Below, in pieces: positions 28,374 to 38,213 of a stretch of 64,000 nucleotides of DNA. Both the position numbers and the translations under genes were made by a program. The stretch is from Eubacteriales bacterium (lineage in GTDB: Bacteria; Bacillota; Clostridia; Oscillospirales; CAG-272): assembly GCA_045126855.1 (NCBI GenBank), contig JBGVPG010000009.1, positions 83,717 through 147,716 of the forward strand, in the 5' to 3' direction. Numbering within the stretch: position 1 is the first letter of the stretch; each line of letters starts with the position of its first letter. The notes below the pieces were generated by a model. That model did no database searches and was not told the DNA's origin. It saw only the letters and a program-made list of their open reading frames with translations.

Positions 28374-29618
28374 ATGGCACAAAAACCCCTTGCGGATAGA
28401 ATGAGGCCATCCTGCTTTGACGAAATCGCAGGTCAGGCACATCTTGTCGGAAATAATGGTATCCTAAGAAGGCTTACCGAAAACGGTAGAATTCCGAATA
28501 TGATATTCTTTGGACCTCCCGGTACGGGTAAGACCACAGTTGCGAATATTATCGCTTCTGTTTCCGGCATGCAGCTTTACAAGCTTAACGCAACGAGCGC
28601 ATCCCTTTCCGACGTTAAGGACGTACTTTCATCAACCGATAATATTTTCAGCGAAAACGGTACTCTTTTGTATCTCGATGAGATTCAGTATTTTAATAAA
28701 AAACAGCAACAGTCGCTTCTGGAATTTATGGAAAACGGACGCATTACTCTTATTGCTTCCACCACCGAGAACCCCTACTATTACGTTTACAACGCATTGC
28801 TGTCACGATCCTCGGTTTTTGAATTCAAGTCGGTAACGCCCGAGGATTGCATCCCCTCGCTATATCGTGCTCTTGAACTGTTAAACGGAGATTTCGGCAC
28901 AAAAAAGCAGGCAGACCGGTCTGTGATGCTTACCATTGCTCGCGCCTGTGCCGGTGACGTCAGAATGAGCATTGGTGTTCTGGAAAATGCCTTCTATATC
29001 TCGGATGGAGAGATTACCCACGAAGCTGTCAGTGCACTTTTACCATCGGTATCCGGCCATTACGATCGAAACGGAGACGTGCACTACGACCTTCTCTCCT
29101 GCCTGCAGAAATCTATTCGCGGCTCTGATCCCGATGCAGCAATATTCTATCTTGCCAAGATCCTTGCATCAGGAGACCTGCTTTCCGCTTGTCGCAGAAT
29201 TCTTGTAATTGCAAGCGAAGACATAGGATGCGCCTATCCCCAAGCGGCTTCGCTCGCCTATGCATGTACCGAAAGCGCTCGTGCACTTGGTCTGCCTGAG
29301 GCAGCAATTCCCCTTGCAAACATCGTAACAATTCTTGCTACAGCACCAAAATCAAATACCTCATATCTTGCATATCACGCCGCAAGCGAGGATATTGCAA
29401 AGGGGCTTGGACAGCAGGTGCCAAAGCATCTTCAAAGTCCTAATTTTGAAGGATACGTATACCCCCACGATTTTGAAAACGATTACGTTGCCCAGACCTA
29501 TCTACCAAAGGATATTGGGAGCAAGAAGTATTACGTCTTCGGTCAGAACAAGACCGAGCAGGCGGCAAAGGCATACCACGACTATATCGTAAGCAACTGT
29601 CAAAACCGCAGAAAATAA
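28374..29618 (+). CDS. rarA: replication-associated recombination protein A (RarA/MgsA AAA+ ATPase)
   Basis: 414 aa. Walker [10 protein letters not shown], Walker B LYLDEIQYFNK and MgsA C-terminal domain (IRGSDPDAAIFYLAKIL). Confidence 0.92.
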   Translation: MAQKPLADRMRPSCFDEIAGQAHLVGNNGILRRLTENGRIPNMIFFGPPGTGKTTVANIIASVSGMQLYKLNATSASLSDVKDVLSSTDNIFSENGTLLYLDEIQYFNKKQQQSLLEFMENGRITLIASTTENPYYYVYNALLSRSSVFEFKSVTPEDCIPSLYRALELLNGDFGTKKQADRSVMLTIARACAGDVRMSIGVLENAFYISDGEITHEAVSALLPSVSGHYDRNGDVHYDLLSCLQKSIRGSDPDAAIFYLAKILASGDLLSACRRILVIASEDIGCAYPQAASLAYACTESARALGLPEAAIPLANIVTILATAPKSNTSYLAYHAASEDIAKGLGQQVPKHLQSPNFEGYVYPHDFENDYVAQTYLPKDIGSKKYYVFGQNKTEQAAKAYHDYIVSNCQNRRK

Positions 29619-29687
29619 GTAAACTTGACAAATTAATTCCTCTTTGATATAATATACACAAGATGAATGACATTGGAGGATTTTCCT

Positions 29688-30632
29688 ATGATTTTCCATT
29701 TCATACTGAACCCAAAATCGGGTCGAAGTCCCCAGCAGAAGAAAATGGAAGGCGAGATAGTTGAAGCATGTCTCAAAAGACAGCTTAGCTACCGCATTTA
29801 TTACACCACCAAGCCCAGAGATTCTATAAACTACATACAAAATATTCTCAGAGAATATCCCGACGAGCGCCATCGCTTCATTTGTGCAGGCGGAGACGGC
29901 ACAATAAACGAAATTGCCAATAGCGCACCCGGTAACGATATGGTGGAATTTGGTGTTATCCCCAGCGGATCAGGAAATGATTTCGTTCGTAATTTCACAA
30001 ATCGAAAAGCATTCCAGGATATTGACGCCCAAATTGACGGCGAAGCCCATTCCTACGATCTTATTAAATGCAACGATGATTACTGCGTTAATATGGTAAA
30101 TATAGGATTCGATTGCTCGGTTGTTATTGAGGCGAATAAATTCCGTAAATTCAAGTTTATCTCTCCGGGTATTTCTTATATGCTTGGTGTGGTTGTCGGT
30201 TTCTTCTTCAGAAAGCTCAGAACCAGAATGAAGATCATTTTCGACGATGGCAAGATTATAGACGAGGATCTCGTGCTTACCGCTATCGGTAACGGCAAAT
30301 TCTGCGGTGGTGGATTCCAGTGCTGCCCTCTTGCAAGCCTCAAGGACGGTCTTCTCGATATCTGTATTATTAAAAAAGTTACCAGACCCACCTTCCTTCA
30401 GCTTGTCGGTTCTTATAAGGCTGGCACCTTCCTGGTAAAGAAGAACGCACAGAAATTCTTCAGATACATACGCACAAATCATTTCCGCATGGAGTTTGAG
30501 AACGAGCAGTCTGTGTGCATCGACGGTGAGCTAACCTCGGCACGCAGCGTTGACTTTACAGTAATCCCCGGCGGCTTTAACTTCGTTCTTCCCAAGGGCG
30601 TTGAGATCAGCTATCCCGGTGTGGAAAAATGA
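29688..30632 (+). CDS. diacylglycerol/lipid kinase family protein (YegS/DgkB-like)
   Basis: NPKSG and GGDGTINE motifs. Start moved to ATG 29688 (MIFHFILNPKSG), 7 nt after GGAGGA. Confidence 0.85.
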   Translation: MIFHFILNPKSGRSPQQKKMEGEIVEACLKRQLSYRIYYTTKPRDSINYIQNILREYPDERHRFICAGGDGTINEIANSAPGNDMVEFGVIPSGSGNDFVRNFTNRKAFQDIDAQIDGEAHSYDLIKCNDDYCVNMVNIGFDCSVVIEANKFRKFKFISPGISYMLGVVVGFFFRKLRTRMKIIFDDGKIIDEDLVLTAIGNGKFCGGGFQCCPLASLKDGLLDICIIKKVTRPTFLQLVGSYKAGTFLVKKNAQKFFRYIRTNHFRMEFENEQSVCIDGELTSARSVDFTVIPGGFNFVLPKGVEISYPGVEK

Positions 30633-30649
30633 TTCTTTAAGGTTGAAAT

Positions 30650-32878
30650 ATGAATATATTTTATAAAAGGCCGCTCTCGTTGATACTCTGTATTGGATTG
30701 GGCGGCTTTTTCCTATTCTCAATTTCAAATACATTTTTCAGAGTATTATTATGTGTTTTTGCAGTTCTGCCCTGCATTATTTCCCTATATTTCAATAGAT
30801 TGAAGAAAGACACAAGGATTTTCAGAATAATCAGCGTAGTTCTGTTGATCGTATTTTTACTCTCGTTTTTATACTTTGATCTCTACTTTAACATCTACGA
30901 AAGATACGACGGAGAGATTGAAGTCGTTGGTGTTGTAGAGGAGGTCTCCCAATCCTCATCATACTCCATGAGGCTGCTTGTCAGGCTCGTAGAAATAAAC
31001 GGGAAAAGGGTCAATTACCGTGTCTATGCATATCCCACCAGGACCGAATCAACGGGAGTTATTGAGGGAGCACGTATCTCCTTCACTACGGTGCTCGGTG
31101 GTTTTTCAGATGAAAGCAAGGCGTATAATATTTCAAACGCTATAAACGCATATGCTAACGACGTCGAGAATTTAACGATTATTGAATATACCTCCGGAGG
31201 TATTAACGCAAAGCTTGCCCGTTTCAGATCAATACTCTCAAGGCGGTTGACCTTACTTACCGACAGAGACACCGGTGCTATGCTATCAGCGCTACTGCTA
31301 GGAGAAAGAGACCTTCTTCCAAGCAGTGTAAGACTTGCGTTCAGACGTATTGGCATTTCCCACATCCTTGCACTCAGCGGTATGCACCTTGCAATCCTTT
31401 CAATCGGCATCGGTTGGCTTCTGAAAAAGCTAAAAATTGCGAAAAAACCACGAATACTTATAACCTCAGCATTCATCTTGCTGTATATGGCAATAACCGG
31501 TTTTTCTGTATCCGTGTGCCGTGCAGGAATAATGATAATAATCGCCTCCCTGCTTTTCCTAATGGAGCGCGGCAAGGACTCGCTGACCTCTCTGTCGGTT
31601 GCAGTCACACTAATCTGCCTTATCACCCCTTACGCGATTTACGACGTATCGCTATGGCTTTCAGCTCTTGCAACCTTTGGAATAATTGCCTTTGCTGAAT
31701 ATCTCCCAACGCTGAAGTTAAAGAAGAAGAAATCTGCTCTCAGCTTTATTGCGCTTTCCTTCCTGACATCTATGTTTGCGGTAAGTGCGACGCTTCTCAT
31801 TTCCGTAATGACCTTTGGAGGTATATCAATACTTGCATTACCTGCAACCCTGATTTTCTCCTTCATTGCCGAGGTAGCAATGTATCTTGGCTGCCTTGTC
31901 ATGCTTATCGGAGGGATCATACCAATCGGCATACTTGCAACAATTCCAGCAAAGTTACTCATCTTCCTTGCCGAGTTATTTTCCTCATTCAAATTCGCAT
32001 ACGTCTCATCCGACTTCCCTTCGGTCAAAATTATTATAATAATTTATACGGCGCTCTTCTTTTTCTTTATCGTCTTCAAGATAAAAAGAAAGAAGCTTAT
32101 GGGTGGAATCCTAATAGTTTTATTTGTGCTTTCCACAACCTTCCCAACTGTTATGACCATAATAGAAAGCAACAAGGAAACGGTCGCATATTACGGTCAA
32201 TACAAGAGTGATATGATGCTCGTAAGATCGAAAAGTAAAGTCTGCCTCATAAATTCTTCCCAATATTCAAAAAGCACCGCATACGATGCCATTGATTTTC
32301 TGGAGGATGCAAACGTTACGTCGGTGGACAAATACTACTATACCCACTATTCCTGGAGTATCGACGATGAGCTTGACGTTATTCTATACAACATTTCGGT
32401 GGACGAGATCTATCTTCCCCACCCAAGGAATGATGACGAAAAAACCATACTGAAGGTTATTGAGGCAGCCGTCAAGGATTCCAACGCCGAGATCGTATTG
32501 TTCCAAGAGTACGAGACCGTTCACGTAGGAAAATACAAGATCAATCTTCTTTATTCCGAGCCATACGGCAACACATCTGTTAACGCATTTGCCGTGACAA
32601 AGGGAGATTTGATTTACACCTATATCTCATCGGGTCTTTTATCAGATGACAGGAATAACGAGTTTATGAAATATATTGAGCTTACCGATCACCTGATACT
32701 CGGCGACCACGGTAAAAAGCACAAGACGGCTGTATATCTTGAGAAATGCTACGAGGATCTTGATACGATAATAATTCATAGCGATAACGTTTTTCTCAAG
32801 CAATATAATATGGCTTACTTAATAGAAAAAGGATGCGAAATCTATTCGCACCCCGATTTGATTGTTTATTTCAAGTAA
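30650..32878 (+). CDS. comEC: ComEC/Rec2-family DNA internalisation channel protein with a degenerate C-terminal metallo-beta-lactamase-like domain
   Basis: 742 aa. N-terminal OB/DUF4131-like region and competence domain motif ISHILALSGMHLAIL. The C-terminal domain reads THYSWS where the metal-binding HxHxDH-type motif is expected. Confidence 0.8.
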   Translation: MNIFYKRPLSLILCIGLGGFFLFSISNTFFRVLLCVFAVLPCIISLYFNRLKKDTRIFRIISVVLLIVFLLSFLYFDLYFNIYERYDGEIEVVGVVEEVSQSSSYSMRLLVRLVEINGKRVNYRVYAYPTRTESTGVIEGARISFTTVLGGFSDESKAYNISNAINAYANDVENLTIIEYTSGGINAKLARFRSILSRRLTLLTDRDTGAMLSALLLGERDLLPSSVRLAFRRIGISHILALSGMHLAILSIGIGWLLKKLKIAKKPRILITSAFILLYMAITGFSVSVCRAGIMIIIASLLFLMERGKDSLTSLSVAVTLICLITPYAIYDVSLWLSALATFGIIAFAEYLPTLKLKKKKSALSFIALSFLTSMFAVSATLLISVMTFGGISILALPATLIFSFIAEVAMYLGCLVMLIGGIIPIGILATIPAKLLIFLAELFSSFKFAYVSSDFPSVKIIIIIYTALFFFFIVFKIKRKKLMGGILIVLFVLSTTFPTVMTIIESNKETVAYYGQYKSDMMLVRSKSKVCLINSSQYSKSTAYDAIDFLEDANVTSVDKYYYTHYSWSIDDELDVILYNISVDEIYLPHPRNDDEKTILKVIEAAVKDSNAEIVLFQEYETVHVGKYKINLLYSEPYGNTSVNAFAVTKGDLIYTYISSGLLSDDRNNEFMKYIELTDHLILGDHGKKHKTAVYLEKCYEDLDTIIIHSDNVFLKQYNMAYLIEKGCEIYSHPDLIVYFK

Positions 32879-32902
32879 AAAGGGAGCACATGCTCCCTTT
32901 TT
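32877..32902. terminator. bidirectional terminator between comEC and ychF
   Basis: Stem gggagc / gctccc with loop acat, flanked by AAAAA and TTTTT. Confidence 0.65.
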
Positions 32903-32903
32903 A

Positions 32904-33998
32904 TTATACGTTGAAGAGGAACTCTACAACATCGCCATCCTTCATAACGTACTCCTTACCCTCAGAGCGAAGAAGGCCCTTTTCCTTGACCTTATTTCTG
33001 TCTCCCTCACGGGAAAGGTCATCAAATGCAACAACCTCGGCTCTGATAAATCCACGCTCAAAATCTGTGTGAATCTTACCTGCCGCACCGGGTGCTTTAG
33101 TGCCCTTCTTAATCGTCCAGGCACGAACCTCCTTAGGTCCGGCAGTCAGGAAGGAAATAAGACCCAGCAGGCTATAAGAGGACTTGATAAGCTTATCGAG
33201 TCCGCTCTCCTCAATTCCAAGATCAGCAAGGAACATTTCCTTCTCATCACCGTCGAGAACTGCAAGCTCTGCCTCAATCTGAGCACTTACTGCAATGATC
33301 TCGCTGCCCTCGCTGTCAGCATGAGCCTTGAGCGCCTGATAGTGAGGGCTGTTAACGTAGTCTCCGTTAACCTCGTCCTCGGAAATATTAGCTGCATAAA
33401 TTGTAGGCTTGAGAGTAAGAAGTCTAGACTCGTCGATCCAAGCCATCTCTTCCTCGGAAAGCTCTACCGTGCGTGCGCACTTGCCTGCCTCAAGAGCTGC
33501 CTTAACTCTCTCAAGAACCTCAAGCTTCTCAAGAAGCTTCTTATCAGCTCTTGCCGCCTTTGTCGTTCGGTCAATTGCACGCTCTACGATCTCAAGGTCG
33601 GAGAGAATGAGCTCAAGATTAATTGTTTCAACGTCACGAATGGGATCAACGCTTCCCTCAACGTGAACGATATCGTTATTTTCAAAGCAACGAACAACGT
33701 GAACAACGGCGTCAACCTCACGGATGTTGCCAAGGAACTTGTTTCCAAGGCCCTCGCCCTTAGATGCACCCTTAACGAGTCCTGCGATATCAACGAACTC
33801 TATAATAGCGGGAGTATACTTGTCGGGATTATACATTTCAGCAAGCCTGTCAAGTCTCTTATCAGGAACCGCAACCACGCCGACGTTGGGATCTATCGTG
33901 CAGAAGGGATAGTTTGCCGACTCAGCGCCTGCGTTAGTTAATGCATTAAAAAGCGTACTCTTTCCCACGTTGGGAAGTCCTACGATACCAAGTTTCAT
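32904..33998 (-). CDS. ychF: redox-regulated ribosome-binding ATPase YchF
   Basis: 364 aa. [24 protein letters not shown]-like C-terminus and the ending [10 protein letters not shown]. Confidence 0.96.
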   Translation of the reverse strand: MKLGIVGLPNVGKSTLFNALTNAGAESANYPFCTIDPNVGVVAVPDKRLDRLAEMYNPDKYTPAIIEFVDIAGLVKGASKGEGLGNKFLGNIREVDAVVHVVRCFENNDIVHVEGSVDPIRDVETINLELILSDLEIVERAIDRTTKAARADKKLLEKLEVLERVKAALEAGKCARTVELSEEEMAWIDESRLLTLKPTIYAANISEDEVNGDYVNSPHYQALKAHADSEGSEIIAVSAQIEAELAVLDGDEKEMFLADLGIEESGLDKLIKSSYSLLGLISFLTAGPKEVRAWTIKKGTKAPGAAGKIHTDFERGFIRAEVVAFDDLSREGDRNKVKEKGLLRSEGKEYVMKDGDVVEFLFNV

Positions 33999-34034
33999 AT
34001 TTATTACTTCCTTAATTTCTTATTTAACTTTTAT

Positions 34035-34063
34035 ATTATACTATAAATATACGTCTTTTTCAA
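34035..34063 (-). promoter_or_regulatory. sigma-A type promoter of ychF
   Basis: On the minus strand: TTGAAA (34063-34058), 17-nt spacer, TATAAT (34040-34035). Confidence 0.6.
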
Positions 34064-34110
34064 GTCTTTTCCAAAATTTATATTTTTTATAGAAAATTCA
34101 TAAATTATTC

Positions 34111-34139
34111 TTGATTATGTCAATAATATACTGTATAAT
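34111..34139 (+). promoter_or_regulatory. sigma-A type promoter of the response-regulator gene
   Basis: TTGATT (34111-34116), 17-nt spacer, TATAAT (34134-34139). Confidence 0.6.
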
Positions 34140-34205
34140 GTAATTGTTAAGATATTCACTTTTTTAACAAAGTTAACAATTTACCTCTTTGAAAGGAGAT
34201 ATATA

Positions 34206-34895
34206 ATGGATACAAAGCTTCTTATAGTTGATGACGACCATAATATTTGCGATATGTTGAAGCTCTATTTTGAGAATGAAGGCTATAATGTCAGGACCGC
34301 AAACGACGGTATGGAAGGACTTAGTTATTTTAAGGCCTTTGACCCCGACCTCGTGCTTCTTGATATTATGATGCCTAAGAAGGATGGATGGCAGGTTTGC
34401 CGTGAGATCCGTGAGATCTCAGCAAAGCCAGTGATTATGATCACCGCCAAGGGCGAGGTTTTCGACAAGGTGCTCGGTCTTGAGCTTGGCGCTGACGATT
34501 TCATTGTTAAGCCCTTTGACATGAAGGAGCTCTCCGCCCGTGTGAAGGCTGTGCTTCGTCGATACAATGCCCATGCCAAAGGCAGCGCTGACGAGGTTGT
34601 AAGATTTGAAAATATGGAGATCAGCCTTCAGAAATATGAGCTAAAGCTCAATGGACGAGCTATCGATATCCCTCCTAAGGAGCTCGAGCTCCTCTACTTC
34701 CTTGCATCTAACTCCAACAGAGTTTTCACAAGAGACCAGCTTCTTGACAAGGTATGGGGATTTGATTATCTCGGTGACTCCAGAACGGTTGACGTGCACG
34801 TTAAACGTCTTCGTGAAAAGCTTGAGGGTATTTCCGACAAATGGCTTCTTAAAACCGTTTGGGGAGTAGGTTACAAATTTGAAACACTTATTTAA
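34206..34895 (+). CDS. OmpR/PhoB-family response regulator (no cognate kinase adjacent)
   Basis: 229 aa. Receiver domain (LIVDDD, LLDIMMPKKDG, KPF) and winged-helix output domain (RTVDVHVKRLREKL). Confidence 0.92.
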   Translation: MDTKLLIVDDDHNICDMLKLYFENEGYNVRTANDGMEGLSYFKAFDPDLVLLDIMMPKKDGWQVCREIREISAKPVIMITAKGEVFDKVLGLELGADDFIVKPFDMKELSARVKAVLRRYNAHAKGSADEVVRFENMEISLQKYELKLNGRAIDIPPKELELLYFLASNSNRVFTRDQLLDKVWGFDYLGDSRTVDVHVKRLREKLEGISDKWLLKTVWGVGYKFETLI

Positions 34896-34902
34896 TTTGA
34901 AA

Positions 34903-34931
34903 AGGACTTTGCAAGCGCAAAGTCCTTTTTG
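34903..34931. terminator. bidirectional terminator between the regulator gene and parC
   Basis: 10-bp stem aggactttgc / gcaaagtcct with loop aagc, followed by TTTTT. Confidence 0.8.
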
Positions 34932-34933
34932 TT

Positions 34934-37153
34934 TTAGAAATTAAAGGTCAGCTGATCAAGAGGAGAGCCTGTCGAAGGAAGAGCAAGCTTCTTGCACTTC
35001 AATGCATCCTGACCTATATCCTCAATACGGTCGGTAACAAGATCAACCTTAACTCCCTTTTTAGGCAGCTTCATGATCTGAACACCCTGTGATGTTCTGG
35101 TAGCCTTCTCGGGCACGAGCGAGCTCTTGATGAGCATTCCCCTGCCGCCGTCACTTCTGATAAACATGCTGACAGGCTTATCACCCTCATAAACAGCACC
35201 AGCCAAAGGCGACTCAGCGGAATATGCTCCGGTGATCTTCTTGCGGCGGGATTTTGCTTCATAAGCCTTGAGGCTTACACGAAGTCCCTTACCGTTTTCA
35301 AATATGTAAACCATGTGATGATTGGGGTTAAGATCATATATCATCTTGCAGGCAACAACGTGCTCGTCGTCATCCATACCAAGCTTGGTGGGTACGTAAT
35401 CGCCCATTTGACTAGCCTTTGTAAGATCAAAATCATCAACCCTCGCACGGTAAATCTGCGCCTTATCGGTAAAGAAGAGAATATCTCCGCGGTTATCAGT
35501 GTCCTCCTGATAGATAACGAAGTCTCCTTCCTTAAGCTTCTGCTCGTCAGCGGATCTTACCGCCTGAACCGACAGCTTCTTGAAGTATCCCCCCTTGGTA
35601 AGAATAAGTCGGCAGTTGTAATTCTCGAAGAATATATCCTCCTTGGGACCGGGAGCGGTCTCCTCCATTACAACGATCTCGGTCTTACGAGGCTTGCCGT
35701 ACTTTTTCTTGACCTCCTGAAGCTTTGTAATAATAGTTCCCTTCAGCTTGATCTCATCACGGAGAGTTTCCTTGATATCAGCAATCTGCTTTTCAAGTTC
35801 TGCAATCTCCTCAACACGGTTGATAATGTACTGACGGTTAAGATTACGAAGCTTAATATCCGCAATATACTCAGCCTGAATCTTCGTGAGGTTAAAGCCT
35901 GCCGCAAGGTTGGGAACAACATCCTCCTCGCGCTCGGTATTTCTGATAATTCTTATAGCCTTATCAATATCAAGAAGTATTGCCGCAAGGCCCTGTAAAA
36001 GCTCAAGCTTATGCTCCTTCTTGCCAAGCTCAAAGGTCAATTCACGTGTCACACACTTAACGCGGAACTTGATCCACTCGGTCAATATCTCACGTATTCC
36101 GAGCTGCATAGGTGTTCCGTCAACAAGAATATTGAAGTTGCAGTCAAAATTATTCTCGAGTTCGGTCACAGAGAAGAGCTTTTTCATAACCAGCTCGGGA
36201 TTTGCGTCCTTTTTGAGATCAAACGTAAGCTTAAAGCCATTAAGGTCGATAGCATCACGAACATCAGCAACCTCGCGGAGCTTGCCTGTCTTGATCATAT
36301 CGGTGGCCTTCTTCATTATAGCCTCAATAGACGAAGAATACGGAATTTCGAGAACGTCGATGCAATTATTTTTCTTGACGTACTCATATTTCGCTCTCAT
36401 CTTGAAGCTACCTACACCCGTCTCATAAATCCTGCGCATCTTCTCTCTGTCGTACATTATCTGCGCACCGCCTGCGAAGTCGGGAGCCTTGATAATGTCA
36501 AGAAGACGGTCGATAGAGGTATTGGGATTTTTCAGCAATGCAATAGTTCCGTCACAGATCTCTGCAAGATTGAAGGAGCATATTGAGCACGCCATACCAA
36601 CCGCAATACCAAGGTTAGGTGAAACGAGTATGTTCGGGAAGGTGGTTGGAAGGAGTGAGGGCTCTTCCATGGTGTTATCGTAGTTGGGAATGAAGTCTAC
36701 GGCATCCTTGTCAATTCCCGAGAATAATTCGTGGCAGAACTCATCCAACTTTGCCTCGGTGTAACGTGAGGCCGCATACGCCATATCACGGGAATAGTGC
36801 TTACCAAAGGATCCCTTCGAATCAATGAAGGGGTGCAGCAATGCCTCGTGACCCTTGGTGAGACGAACCATAGTTTCGTATATGGAGGCATCACCGTGAG
36901 GGTTAAGTCGCATGGTCTGACCGACGATATTTGCGCTCTTGGTCTTCTGCTTTGTGAGAAGTCCCATGTCGTACATGGTATACAGAAGCTTTCTATGCGC
37001 CGGCTTAAAACCGTCTATCTCGGGCAGAGCGCGGGAGACGATAACGCTCATAGCATAAGGCATATAGTTCTTCTCAAGAGTCTCGGTTATAGGCTGCAGG
37101 GTTGCAGCCGCCTCATTTTCTATTGGGTTGAGGGTTACTTTCTTTTTAGCCAT
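34934..37153 (-). CDS. parC: type IIA DNA topoisomerase subunit A (ParC / GyrA-paralogue type)
   Basis: 739 aa. YAMSVIVSRALPEIDGFKPAHRKLLY, active-site Tyr context AASRYTEAKL and a C-terminal beta-pinwheel region. No B subunit gene lies nearby. Confidence 0.85.
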   Translation of the reverse strand: MAKKKVTLNPIENEAAATLQPITETLEKNYMPYAMSVIVSRALPEIDGFKPAHRKLLYTMYDMGLLTKQKTKSANIVGQTMRLNPHGDASIYETMVRLTKGHEALLHPFIDSKGSFGKHYSRDMAYAASRYTEAKLDEFCHELFSGIDKDAVDFIPNYDNTMEEPSLLPTTFPNILVSPNLGIAVGMACSICSFNLAEICDGTIALLKNPNTSIDRLLDIIKAPDFAGGAQIMYDREKMRRIYETGVGSFKMRAKYEYVKKNNCIDVLEIPYSSSIEAIMKKATDMIKTGKLREVADVRDAIDLNGFKLTFDLKKDANPELVMKKLFSVTELENNFDCNFNILVDGTPMQLGIREILTEWIKFRVKCVTRELTFELGKKEHKLELLQGLAAILLDIDKAIRIIRNTEREEDVVPNLAAGFNLTKIQAEYIADIKLRNLNRQYIINRVEEIAELEKQIADIKETLRDEIKLKGTIITKLQEVKKKYGKPRKTEIVVMEETAPGPKEDIFFENYNCRLILTKGGYFKKLSVQAVRSADEQKLKEGDFVIYQEDTDNRGDILFFTDKAQIYRARVDDFDLTKASQMGDYVPTKLGMDDDEHVVACKMIYDLNPNHHMVYIFENGKGLRVSLKAYEAKSRRKKITGAYSAESPLAGAVYEGDKPVSMFIRSDGGRGMLIKSSLVPEKATRTSQGVQIMKLPKKGVKVDLVTDRIEDIGQDALKCKKLALPSTGSPLDQLTFNF

Positions 37154-38213
37154 TTCTTCCCTGCCTTAGGTTAATAATTGTGTGTGCCGCAGCGCGTATC
37201 ATACGGTTGTAAAGCGCCAGGCCAACGCCCTCCTTAGAAGGAAGAGGGGCGTAAATTTTTTCATAGGAATGCTTGTCCACCTCACGCAAGATAGCAAAAA
37301 GCTGGTGAGCCTGCTCATCCATATCATCTTTAGAACCGAGAATGTAAAATTCACCCCCGGAAAGTGACCCGCGGAATTTAGATTCATCTTCGCTATAGCA
37401 TACGACTGCATACCTGTTTTTTCCGTCTTCCCTTACGTAATCGACCATATCATTTGTCTCTCCGTCAAGAAGAACAAGAGGTGCTTCGGGTGCGTAATGA
37501 CGGTATTTCATACCGGGAGAAAGGGCTACCTCCCCTGCTCCAAGCTTATCGGTTACAGCGTCAGCGATATACACCTCGCCGATGCAAGCAAGCTCACGAG
37601 CTGTAATTTTTCCGGGTCTCAGAAGTGTCATGCTTTGGTTATCTTCAAGCTTGACGATTGTAGACTCAAGACCTATCTCGCATTCGCCGCCATCAATAAT
37701 AATATCTATTCTGCCACTCATATCGTCAATTACATGAGAGGCAGTGGTGGGCGAAGGGCTGCCCGAAAGGTTCGCCGAAGGAGCTGCAATAGGCTTTCCG
37801 GCAGCAGCGATAAGCATCCTTGCAACGGGGTGAGACGGACACCTTACAGCAACTGTTGAGAGACCTCCTCGGGTTTCAAGGGGAACGCTATCCTTTGCCT
37901 TCATAACAACGGTAAGCGGGCCCGGCATAAAAGCGTCTGCAAGCTTGTAATAAAGCTCGCTTGTATAGGTATATTCCTCGGCCTGCTCGGGTGAAGAAAT
38001 ATGAATAATCAAAGGATTATCCGAGGGTCTGCCCTTAGCGGCATATATTTTCTTTGCCGCCTCAGGATTCGTTCCATCACCGCCGAGTCCGTAAACCGTT
38101 TCGGTGGGAAAAGCAACCAGTCCACCATTACAAAGTATTTCTGCCGCAGTTTTTATGCTTGCTTTTGAACTTTCAAGGTTGTCTAAGTCAACTCTAATAA
38201 CCTTAGTTTGCAT
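37146..38213 (-). CDS. tsaC: L-threonylcarbamoyladenylate synthase (Sua5/YwlC type, YrdC plus Sua5 domains)
   Basis: 355 aa. YrdC motif VAFPTETVYGLGGD and SANLSGSPSPT, plus a Sua5 C-terminal domain. The stop overlaps the parC start by 8 nt. Confidence 0.9.
   Translation of the reverse strand: MQTKVIRVDLDNLESSKASIKTAAEILCNGGLVAFPTETVYGLGGDGTNPEAAKKIYAAKGRPSDNPLIIHISSPEQAEEYTYTSELYYKLADAFMPGPLTVVMKAKDSVPLETRGGLSTVAVRCPSHPVARMLIAAAGKPIAAPSANLSGSPSPTTASHVIDDMSGRIDIIIDGGECEIGLESTIVKLEDNQSMTLLRPGKITARELACIGEVYIADAVTDKLGAGEVALSPGMKYRHYAPEAPLVLLDGETNDMVDYVREDGKNRYAVVCYSEDESKFRGSLSGGEFYILGSKDDMDEQAHQLFAILREVDKHSYEKIYAPLPSKEGVGLALYNRMIRAAAHTIINLRQGRNG

Noticed and set aside
32862-33941. 359-aa plus-strand ORF antisense to ychF.
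   Set aside because: Codon-aligned antisense frame. It begins inside the comEC 3' end and the terminator hairpin, and has no translation signals.
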